Positions 1 through 10,700 of a DNA stretch of 64,000 nucleotides are shown piece by piece. Positions within the stretch are counted from its first letter, which is position 1, and each line of letters opens with the position of its first letter. The DNA comes from Auanema rhodensis. Taxonomy: Eukaryota > Animalia > Nematoda. A model generated the notes under the pieces. That model searched no databases. It was not told where the DNA came from and saw only the letters and a list, made by a program, of their open reading frames with translations. The stretch is taken from positions 620,001-684,000 of the forward strand of contig OZ059898.1 in NCBI GenBank assembly GCA_964057225.1. Direction: 5' to 3'. The translations under genes and the position numbers were made by a program.

Positions 1-63
1 TGAAGAATTAATTTTTTCGTTGAATAACATTGTCCATCGTCTTTGCCTTGAAAAAAGGAATCT

Positions 64-129
64 AAAAACATCTACTTTTCGCTAAATTATTTTGAAATTT
101 TTCGAAAAAATTTTTGTCAAAATGTTTTT
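64..129. other. A/T-tract block with nested inverted repeats (shown for M1, recurs in each monomer)
   Basis: Perfect 12-bp palindrome TTTTTCGAAAAA (98-109). ATTTTGA (89-95) pairs with TCAAAAT (117-123). AAAAACAT (64-71) pairs with ATGTTTTT (122-129). Only 6 G/C among positions 84-129. Confidence 0.85.
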
Positions 130-136
130 GGAAGCA

Positions 137-164
137 ATGTTGAGTGTACATGGAAACTCAACAT
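137..164. other. 9-bp inverted repeat with 10-nt loop (recurs in each monomer)
   Basis: ATGTTGAGT (137-145) is the exact reverse complement of ACTCAACAT (156-164). A competing pairing is AGTGTA (143-148) with TACACT (164-169). Confidence 0.9.
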
Positions 165-245
165 ACACTAATGCATCATTTTTCAAACGATCATAACTAA
201 TTTTTGTATTAAGCGTTTCTCAATGTAGTATAGTGCATTCGATGC

Positions 246-300
246 GGATTTTTAAGCTGCGTCGATCTGTGTTATCAGATTTGCGCTAGCTTAAAAATGC
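246..300. other. Long imperfect hairpin / quasi-palindrome (recurs in each monomer)
   Basis: ATTTTTAAGCT (248-258) pairs with AGCTTAAAAAT (288-298), 11 bp perfect. GCG (259-261) pairs with CGC (284-286), and ATCTG (265-269) with CAGAT (276-280). The loop is 270-275. The G299C allele extends the outer stem to 13 bp. Confidence 0.9.
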
Positions 301-306
301 ACCGAG

Positions 307-337
307 ATATCAACTGATATAAGTTCACACTTATATC
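307..337. other. Two overlapping inverted repeats (recur in each monomer)
   Basis: GATATAAGT (316-324) pairs with ACTTATATC (329-337) around a 4-nt TCAC loop. ATATCA (307-312) pairs with TGATAT (315-320) around a 2-nt spacer. Confidence 0.9.
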
Positions 338-1404
338 CTCGATTTTCACCCTGAAGAATTAATTTTTTCGTTGAATAACATTGTCCATCGTCTTTGCCTT
401 GAGAAAAGGAATCTAAAAACATCTACTTTTTGCTAAATTATTTTGAAATTTTTCGAAAAAATTTTTGTCAAAATGTTTTTGGAAGCAATGTTGAGTGTAC
501 ATGGAAACTCAACATACACTAATGCATCATTTTTCAAACGATCATAACTAATTTTTGTATTAAGCGTTTCTCAATGTAGTATAGTGCATTCGATGCGGAT
601 TTTTAAGCTGCGTCGATCTGTGTTATCAGATTTGCGCTAGCTTAAAAATGCACCGAGATATCAACTGATATAAGTTCACACTTATATCCTCGATTTTCAC
701 CCTGAAGAATTAATTTTTTCGTTGAATAACATTGTCCATCGTCTTTGCCTTGAAAAAAGGAATCTAAAAACATCTACTTGTTGCTAAATTATTTTGAAAT
801 TTTTTGAAAAAATTTTTGTCAAAATGTTTTTGGAAGCAATGTTGAGTGTACATGGAAACTCAACATACACTAATGCATTATTTTTCAAACGATCATAACT
901 AATTTTTGTATTAAGCGTTTCTCAATGTAGTATAGTGCATTCGATGCGGATTTTTAAGCTGCGTCGATCTGTGTTATCAGATTTGCGCTAGCTTAAAAAT
1001 CCACCGAGATATCAACTGATATAAGTTCACACTTATATCCTCGATTTTCACCCTGAAGAATTAATTTTTTCGTTGAATAACATTGTCCATCGTCTTTGCC
1101 TTGAAAAAAGAAATCTAAAAACATCTACTTGTTGCTAAATTATTTTGAAATTTTTCGAAAAAATTTTTGTCAAAATGTTTTTGGAAGCAATGTTGAGTGT
1201 ACATGGAAACTCAACATACACTAATGCATCATTTTTCAAACGATCATAACTAATTTTTGTATTAAGCGTTTCTCAATGTAGTATAGTGCATTCGATGCGG
1301 ATTTTTAAGCTGCGTCGATCTGTGTTATCAGATTTGCGCTAGCTTAAAAATGCACCGAGATATCAACTGATATAAGTTCACACTTATATCCTCGATTTTC
1401 ACCC

Positions 1405-1755
1405 TGAAGAATTAATTTTTTCGTTGAATAACATTGTCCATCGTCTTTGCCTTGAAAAAAGGAATCTAAAAACATCTACTTTTTGCTAAATTATTTTGAA
1501 ATTTTTCGAAAAAATTTTTGTCAAAATGTTTTTGGAAGCAATGTTGAGTGTACATGGAAACTCAACATACACTAATGCATCATTTTTCAAACGATCATAA
1601 CTAATTTTTGTATTAAGCGTTTCTCAATGTAGTATAGTGCATTCGATGCGGATTTTTAAGCTGCGTCGATCTGTGTTATCAGATTTGCGCTAGCTTAAAA
1701 ATGCACCGAGATATCAACTGATATAAGTTCACACTTATATCCTCGATTTTCACCC
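1405..1755. repeat. Representative consensus-type 351-bp monomer (M5)
   Basis: Carries the majority base at every variable position I scored. Hand count gives 53 G and 57 C of 351 (31% GC) and 12 CpG. Contains TTCGAA, TGTACA, ATGCAT, GCTAGC and GATATC sites. Confidence 0.93.
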
Positions 1756-4700
1756 TGAAGAATTAATTTTTTCGTTGAATAACATTGTCCATCGTCTTTG
1801 CCTTAAAAAAAGGAATCTAAAAACATCTACTTTTTGCTAAATTATTTTGAAATTTTTCGAAAAAATTTTTGTCAAAATGTTTTTGGAAGCAATGTTGAGT
1901 GTACATGGAAACTCAACATACACTAATGCATCATTTTTCAAACGATCATAACTAATTTTTGTATTAAGCGTTTCTCAATGTAGTATAGTGCATTCGATGC
2001 GGATTTTTAAGCTGCGTCGATCTGTGTTATCAGATTTGCGCTAGCTTAAAAATGCACCGAGATATCAACTGATATAAGTTCACACTTATATCCTCGATTT
2101 TCACCCTGAAGAATTAATTTTTTCGTTGAATAACATTGTCCATCGTCTTTGCCTTGAAAAAAGGAATCTAAAAACATCTACTTTTTGCTAAATTATTTTG
2201 AAATTTTTCGAAAAAATTTTTGTCAAAATGTTTTTGGAAGCAATGTTGAGTGTACATGGAAACTCAACATACACTAATGCATCATTTTTCAAACGATCAT
2301 AACTAATTTTTGTATTAAGCGTTTCTCAATGTAGTATAGTGCATTCGATGCGGATTTTTAAGCTGCGTCGATCTGTGTTATCAGATTTGCGCTAGCTTAA
2401 AAATGCACCGAGATATCAACTGATATAAGTTCACACTTATATCCTCGATTTTCACCCTGAAGAATTAATTTTTTCGTTGAATAACATTGTCCATCGTCTT
2501 TGCCTTGAGAAAAGGAATCTAAAAACATCTACTTTTTGCTAAATTATTTTGAAATTTTTCGAAAAAATTTTTGTCAAAATGTTTTTGGAAGCAATGTTGA
2601 GTGTACATGGAAACTCAACATACACTAATGCATCATTTTTCAAACGATCATAACTAATTTTTGTATTAAGCGTTTCTCAATGTCGTATAGTGCATTCGAT
2701 GCGGATTTTTAAGCTGCGTCGATCTGTGTTATCAGATTTGCGCTAGCTTAAAAATGCACCGAGATATCAACTGATATAAGTTCACACTTATATCCTCGAT
2801 TTTCACCCTGAAGAATTAATTTTTTCGTTGAATAACATTGTCCATCGTCTTTGCCTTGAAAAAAGGAATCTAAAAACATCTACTTTTTGCTAAATTATTT
2901 TGAAATTTTTCGAAAAAATTTTTGTCAAAATGTTTTTGGAAGCAATGTTGAGTGTACATGGAAACTCAACATACACTAATGCATTATTTTTCAAACGATC
3001 ATAACTAATTTTTGTATTAAGCGTTTCTCAATGTAGTATAGTGCATTCGATGCGGATTTTTAAGCTGCGTCGATCTGTGTTATCAGATTTGCGCTAGCTT
3101 AAAAATGCACCGAGATATCAACTGATATAAGTTCACACTTATATCCTCAATTTTCACCCTGAAAAATTAATTTTTTCGTTGAATAACATTGTCCATCGTC
3201 TTTGCCTTGAAAAAAGGAATCTAAAAACATCTACTTTTTGCTAAATTATTTTGAAAATTTTCGAAAAAATTTTTGTCAAAATGTTTTTGGAAGCAATGTT
3301 GAGTGTACATGGAAACTCAACATACACTAATGCATCATTTTTCAAACGATCATAACTAATTTTTGTATTAAGCGTTTCTCAATGTAGTATAGTGCAATCG
3401 ATGCGGATTTTTAAGCTGCGTCGATCTGTGTTATCAGATTTGCGCTAGCTTAAAAATGCACCGAGATATCAACTGATATAAGTTCACACTTATATCCTCG
3501 ATTTTCACCCTGAAGAATTAATTTTTTCGTTGAATAACATTGTCCATCGTCTTTGCCTTGAAAAAAGGAATCTAAAAACATCTACTTTTTGCTAAATTAT
3601 TTTGAAATTTTTCGAAAAAATTTTTGTCAAAATGTTTTTGGAAGCAATGTTGAGTGTACATGGAAACTCAACATACACTAATGCATCATTTTTCAAACGA
3701 TCATAACTAATTTTTGTATTAAGCGTTTCTCAATGTAGTATAGTGCATTCGATGCGGATTTTTAAGCTGCGTCGATCTGTGTTATCAGATTTGCGCTAGC
3801 TTAAAAATCTACCGAGATATCAACTGATATAAGTTCACACTTATATCCTCGATTTTCACCCTGAAGAATTAATTTTTTCGTTGAATAACATTGTCCATCG
3901 TCTTTGCCTTGAAAAAAGGAATCTAAAAACATCTACTTTTTGCTAAATTATTTTGAAATTTTTCGAAAAAATTTTTGTCAAAATGTTTTTGGAAGCAATG
4001 TTGAGTGTACATGGAAACTCAACATACACTAATGCATCATTTTTCAAACGATCATAACTAATTTTTGTATTAAGCGTTTCTCAATGTAGTATAGTGCATT
4101 CGATGCGGATTTTTAAGCTGCGTCGATCTGTGTTATCAGATTTGCGCTAGCTTAAAAATGCACCGAGATATCAACTGATATAAGTTCACACTTATATCCT
4201 CGATTTTCACCCTGAAGAATTAATGTTTTCGTTGAATAACATTGTCCATCGTCTTTGCCTTGAAAAAAGGAATCTAAAAACATCTACTTTTTGCTAAATT
4301 ATTTTGAAATTTTTCGAAAAAATTTTTGTCAAAATGTTTTTGGAAGCAATGTTGAGTGTACATGGAAACTCAACATACACTAATGCATCATTTTTCAAAC
4401 GATCATAACTAATTTTTGTATTAAGCGTTTCTCAATGTAGTATAGTGCATTCGATGCGGATTTTTAAGCTGCGTCGATCTGTGTTATCAGATTTGCGCTA
4501 GCTTAAAAATGCACCGAGATATCAACTGATATAAGTTCACACTTATATCCTCGATTTTCACCCTGAAGAATTAATTTTTTCGTTGAATAACATTGTCCAT
4601 CGTCTTTGCCTTGAAAAAAGGAATCTAAAAACATCTACTTTTTGCTAAATTATTTTGAAATTTTTCGAAAAAATTTTTGTCAAAATGTTTTTGGAAGCAA

Positions 4701-7700
4701 TGTTGAGTGTACATGGAAACTCAACATACACTAATGCATCATTTTTCAAACGATCATAACTAATTTTTGTATTAAGCGTTTCTCAATGTAGTATAGTGCA
4801 TTCGATGCGGATTTTTAAGCTGCGTCGATCTGTGTTATCAGATTTGCGCTAGCTTAAAAATGCACCGAGATATCAACTGATATAAGTTCACACTTATATC
4901 CTCGATTTTCACCCTGAAGAATTAATTTTTTCGTTGAATAACATTGTCCATCGTCTTTGCCTTGAAAAAAGGAATCTAAAAACATCTACTTTTTGCTAAA
5001 TTATTTTGAAATTTTTCGAAAAAATTTTTGTCAAAATGTTTTTGGAAGCAATGTTGAGTGTACATGGAAACTCAACATACACTAATGCATTATTTTTCAA
5101 ACGATCATAACTAATTTTTGTATTAAGCGTTTCTCAATGTAGTATAGTGCATTCGATGCGGATTTTTAAGCTGCGTCGATCTGTGTTATCAGATTTGCGC
5201 TAGCTTAAAAATGCACCGAGATATCAACTGATATAAGTTCACACTTATATCCTCAATTTTCACCCTGAAAAATTAATTTTTTCGTTGAATAACATTGTCC
5301 ATCGTCTTTGCCTTGAAAAAAGGAATCTAAAAACATCTACTTTTTGCTAAATTATTTTGAAAATTTTCGAAAAAATTTTTGTCAAAATGTTTTTGGAAGC
5401 AATGTTGAGTGTACATGGAAACTCAACATACACTAATGCATCATTTTTCAAACGATCATAACTAATTTTTGTATTAAGCGTTTCTCAATGTAGTATAGTG
5501 CATTCGATGCGGATTTTTAAGCTGCGTCGATCTGTGTTATCAGATTTGCGCTAGCTTAAAAATGCACCGAGATATCAACTGATATAAGTTCACACTTATA
5601 TCCTCGATTTTCACCCTGAAGAATTAATTTTTTCGTTGAATAACATTGTCCATCGTCTTTGCCTTGAAAAAAGGAATCTAAAAACATCTACTTTTTGCTA
5701 AATTATTTTGAAATTTTTCGAAAAAATTTTTGTCAAAATGTTTTTGGAAGCAATGTTGAGTGTACATGGAAACTCAACATACACTAATGCATCATTTTTC
5801 AAACGATCATAACTAATTTTTGTATTAAGCGTTTCTCAATGTAGTATAGTGCATTCGATGCGGATTTTTAAGCTGCGTCGATCTGTGTTATCAGATTTGC
5901 GCTAGCTTAAAAATCCACCGAGATATCAACTGATATAAGTTCACACTTATATCCTCGATTTTCACCCTGAAGAATTAATTTTTTCGTTGAATAACATTGT
6001 CCATCGTCTTTGCCTTGAAAAAAGGAATCTGAAAACATCTACTTTTTGCTAAATTATTTTGAAATTTTTCGAAAAAATTTTTGTCAAAATGTTTTTGGAA
6101 GCAATGTTGAGTGTACATGGAAACTCAACATACACTAATGCATCATTTTTCAAACGATCATAACTAATTTTTGTATTAAGCGTTTCTCAATGTAGTATAG
6201 TGCATTCGATGCGGATTTTTAAGCTGCGTCGATCTGTGTTATCAGATTTGCGCTAGCTTAAAAATGCACCGAGATATCAACTGATATAAGTTCACACTTA
6301 TATCCTCGATTTTCACCCTGAAGAATTAATTTTTTCGTTGAATAACATTGTCCATCGTCTTTGCCTTGAAAAAAGGAATCTAAAAACATCTACTTTTCGC
6401 TAAATTATTTTGAAATTTTTCGAAAAAATTTTTGTCAAAATGTTTTTGGAAGCAATGTTGAGTGTACATGGAAACTCAACATACACTAATGCATCATTTT
6501 TCAAACGATCATAACTAATTTTTGTATTAAGCGTTTCTCAATGTAGTATAGTGCATTCGATGCGGATTTTTAAGCTGCGTCGATCTGTGTTATCAGATTT
6601 GCGCTAGCTTAAAAATGCACCGAGATATCAACTGATATAAGTTCACACTTATATCCTCGATTTTCACCCTGAAGAATTAATTTTTTCGTTGAATAACATT
6701 GTCCATCGTCTTTGCCTTGAGAAAAGGAATCTAAAAACATCTACTTTTTGCTAAATTATTTTGAAATTTTTCGAAAAAATTTTTGTCAAAATGTTTTTGG
6801 AAGCAATGTTGAGTGTACATGGAAACTCAACATACACTAATGCATCATTTTTCAAACGATCATAACTAATTTTTGTATTAAGCGTTTCTCAATGTAGTAT
6901 AGTGCATTCGATGCGGATTTTTAAGCTGCGTCGATCTGTGTTATCAGATTTGCGCTAGCTTAAAAATGCACCGAGATATCAACTGATATAAGTTCACACT
7001 TATATCCTCGATTTTCACCCTGAAGAATTAATTTTTTCGTTGAATAACATTGTCCATCGTTTTTGCCTTGAAAAAAGGAATCTAAAAACATCTACTTGTT
7101 GCTAAATTATTTTGAAATTTTTTGAAAAAATTTTTGTCAAAATGTTTTTGGAAGCAATGTTGAGTGTACATGGAAACTCAACATACACTAATGCATTATT
7201 TTTCAAACGATCATAACTAATTTTTGTATTAAGCGTTTCTCAATGTAGTATAGTGCATTCGATGCGGATTTTTAAGCTGCGTCGATCTGTGTTATCAGAT
7301 TTGCGCTAGCTTAAAAATCCACCGAGATATCAACTGATATAAGTTCACACTTATATCCTCGATTTTCACCCTGAAGAATTAATTTTTTCGTTGAATAACA
7401 TTGTCCATCGTCTTTGCCTTGAAAAAAGGAATCTAAAAACATCTACTTTTTGCTAAATTATTTTGAAATTTTTCGAAAAAATTTTTGTCAAAATGTTTTT
7501 GGAAGCAATGTTGAGTGTACATGGAAACTCAACATACACTAATGCATCATTTTTCAAACGATCATAACTAATTTTTGTATTAAGCGTTTCTCAATGTAGT
7601 ATAGTGCATTCGATGCGGATTTTTAAGCTGCGTCGATCTGTGTTATCAGATTTGCGCTAGCTTAAAAATGCACCGAGATATCAACTGATATAAGTTCACA

Positions 7701-10700
7701 CTTATATCCTCGATTTTCACCCTGAAGAATTAATTTTTTCGTTGAATAACATTGTCCATCGTCTTTGCCTTAAAAAAAGGAATCTAAAAACATCTACTTT
7801 TTGCTAAATTATTTTGAAATTTTTCGAAAAAATTTTTGTCAAAATGTTTTTGGAAGCAATGTTGAGTGTACATGGAAACTCAACATACACTAATGCATCA
7901 TTTTTCAAACGATCATAACTAATTTTTGTATTAAGCGTTTCTCAATGTAGTATAGTGCATTCGATGCGGATTTTTAAGCTGCGTCGATCTGTGTTATCAG
8001 ATTTGCGCTAGCTTAAAAATGCACCGAGATATCAACTGATATAAGTTCACACTTATATCCTCGATTTTCACCCTGAAGAATTAATTTTTTCGTTGAATAA
8101 CATTGTCCATCGTCTTTGCCTTGAAAAAAGGAATCTAAAAACATCTACTTTTTGCTAAATTATTTTGAAATTTTTCGAAAAAATTTTTGTCAAAATGTTT
8201 TTGGAAGCAATGTTGAGTGTACATGGAAACTCAACATACACTAATGCATCATTTTTCAAACGATCATAACTAATTTTTGTATTAAGCGTTTCTCAATGTA
8301 GTATAGTGCATTCGATGCGGATTTTTAAGCTGCGTCGATCTGTGTTATCAGATTTGCGCTAGCTTAAAAATGCACCGAGATATCAACTGATATAAGTTCA
8401 CACTTATATCCTCGATTTTCACCCTGAAGAATTAATTTTTTCGTTGAATAACATTGTCCATCGTCTTTGCCTTGAGAAAAGGAATCAAAAAACATCTACT
8501 TGTTGCTAAATTATTTTGAAATTTTTTGAAAAAATTTTTGTCAAAATGTTTTTGGAAGCAATGTTGAGTGTACATGGAAACTCAACATACACTAATGCAT
8601 TATTTTTCAAACGATCATAACTAATTTTTGTATTAAGCGTTTCTCAATGTAGTATAGTGCATTCGATGCGGATTTTTAAGCTGCGTCGATCTGTGTTATC
8701 AGATTTGCGCTAGCTTAAAAATCCACCGAGATATCAACTGATATAAGTTCACACTTATATCCTCGATTTTCACCCTGAAGAATTAATTTTTCGTTGAATA
8801 ACATTGTCCATCGTCTTTGCCTTGAAAAAAGAAATCTAAAAACATCTACTTGTTGCTAAATTATTTTGAAATTTTTCGAAAAAATTTTTGTCAAAATGTT
8901 TTTGGAAGCAATGTTGAGTGTACATGGAAACTCAACATACACTAATGCATCATTTTTCAAACGATCATAACTAATTTTTGTATTAAGCGTTTCTCAATGT
9001 AGTATAGTGCATTCGATGCGGATTTTTAAGCTGCGTCGATCTGTGTTATCAGATTTGCGCTAGCTTAAAAATGCACCGAGATATCAACTGATATAAGTTC
9101 ACACTTATATCCTCGATTTTCACCCTGAAGAATTAATTTTTTCGTTGAATAACATTGTCCATCGTCTTTGCCTTGAAAAAAGGAATCTAAAAACATCTAC
9201 TTTTTGCTAAATTATTTTGAAATTTTTCGAAAAAATTTTTGTCAAAATGTTTTTGGAAGCAATGTTGAGTGTACATGGAAACTCAACATACACTAATGCA
9301 TCATTTTTCAAACGATCATAACTAATTTTTGTATTAAGCGTTTCTCAATGTAGTATAGTGCATTCGATGCGGATTTTTAAGCTGCGTCGATCTGTGTTAT
9401 CAGATTTGCGCTAGCTTAAAAATGCACCGAGATATCAACTGATATAAGTTCACACTTATATCCTCGATTTTCACCCTGAAGAATTAATTTTTTCGTTGAA
9501 TAACATTGTCCATCGTCTTTGCCTTAAAAAAAGGAATCTAAAAACATCTACTTTTTGCTAAATTATTTTGAAATTTTTCGAAAAAATTTTTGTCAAAATG
9601 TTTTTGGAAGCAATGTTGAGTGTACATGGAAACTCAACATACACTAATGCATCATTTTTCAAACGATCATAACTAATTTTTGTATTAAGCGTTTCTCAAT
9701 GTAGTATAGTGCATTCGATGCGGATTTTTAAGCTGCGTCGATCTGTGTTATCAGATTTGCGCTAGCTTAAAAATGCACCGAGATATCAACTGATATAAGT
9801 TCACACTTATATCCTCGATTTTCACCCTGAAGAATTAATTTTTTCGTTGAATAACATTGTCCATCGTCTTTGCCTTGAAAAAAGGAATCTAAAAACATCT
9901 ACTTTTTGCTAAATTATTTTGAAATTTTTCGAAAAAATTTTTGTCAAAATGTTTTTGGAAGCAATGTTGAGTGTACATGGAAACTCAACATACACTAATG
10001 CATCATTTTTCAAACGATCATAACTAATTTTTGTATTAAGCGTTTCTCAATGTAGTATAGTGCATTCGATGCGGATTTTTAAGCTGCGTCGATCTGTGTT
10101 ATCAGATTTGCGCTAGCTTAAAAATGCACCGAGATATCAACTGATATAAGTTCACACTTATATCCTCGATTTTCACCCTGAAGAATTAATTTTTTCGTTG
10201 AATAACATTGTCCATCGTCTTTGCCTTGAAAAAAGGAATCTAAAAACATCTACTTTTTGCTAAATTATTTTGAAATTTTTCGAAAAAATTTTTGTCAAAA
10301 TGTTTTTGGAAGCAATGTTGAGTGTACATGGAAACTCAACATACACTAATGCATCATTTTTCAAACGATCATAACTAATTTTTGTATTAAGCGTTTCTCA
10401 ATGTAGTATAGTGCATTCGATGCGGATTTTTAAGCTGCGTCGATCTGTGTTATCAGATTTGCGCTAGCTTAAAAATGCACCGAGATATCAACTGATATAA
10501 GTTCACACTTATATCCTCGATTTTCACCCTGAAGAATTAATTTTTTCGTTGAATAACATTGTCCATCGTCTTTGCCTTGAAAAAAGGAATCTAAAAACAT
10601 CTACTTTTTGCTAAATTATTTTGAAATTTTTCGAAAAAATTTTTGTCAAAATGTTTTTGGAAGCAATGTTGAGTGTACATGGAAACTCAACATACACTAA

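Noticed and set aside
15-31. CENP-B box-like motif (TTTCGTTGAATAACATT)
   Set aside because: Matches TTCG and the central A but lacks the essential CGGG, so only 5 of 9 key bases are present.
122-196. Short ORF MFLEAMLSVHGNSTYTNASFFKRS (24 aa), and MRIFKLRRSVLSDLR at 242-289
   Set aside because: Lengths are as expected by chance, there is no recognisable motif, and nothing indicates expression.
178-210. 33-bp segment with no variants seen, a possible conserved protein-binding box
   Set aside because: With only ~55 variable sites in 351 bp, one gap of this size is not clearly beyond chance. It needs a larger sample.
246-341. Helitron 3' end or rho-independent terminator (hairpins, CTAG at 286-289)
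   Set aside because: The CTAG lies inside a stem arm rather than downstream of a GC-rich hairpin. The stems are AT-rich, and there is no gene or element context.
1-351. Monomer length is a multiple of 3 (117 codons), so the array could be a giant repetitive ORF
   Set aside because: All six frames contain stops in each unit (plus strand: TGA 1-3, TAA 9-11, TAA 83-85; minus strand: TTA 8-10, CTA 72-74, CTA 82-84 as read on the plus strand).
1-351. Internal dimer of two ~175-bp subunits (TAATTTTT motif at 9-16 and 198-205)
   Set aside because: Similarity is limited to short low-complexity A/T motifs, with no extended alignment visible by eye.
351-515. Hammerhead ribozyme / retrozyme-type satellite: CTGAAGA (CUGANGA core) at the monomer junction and a GAAAC-containing stem at monomer 137-164
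   Set aside because: I could not build stems I and II around the core. The triplet opposite GAAAC is GUG rather than NUH, and the minus strand has only CTGATAA. An Infernal or RNAMotif search on a dimer would settle it.
8787-8791. Single 350-bp monomer (T6 to T5 deletion in M26)
   Set aside because: A singleton homopolymer indel absent from its paralogue M4, so it cannot be distinguished from a sequencing or consensus error.
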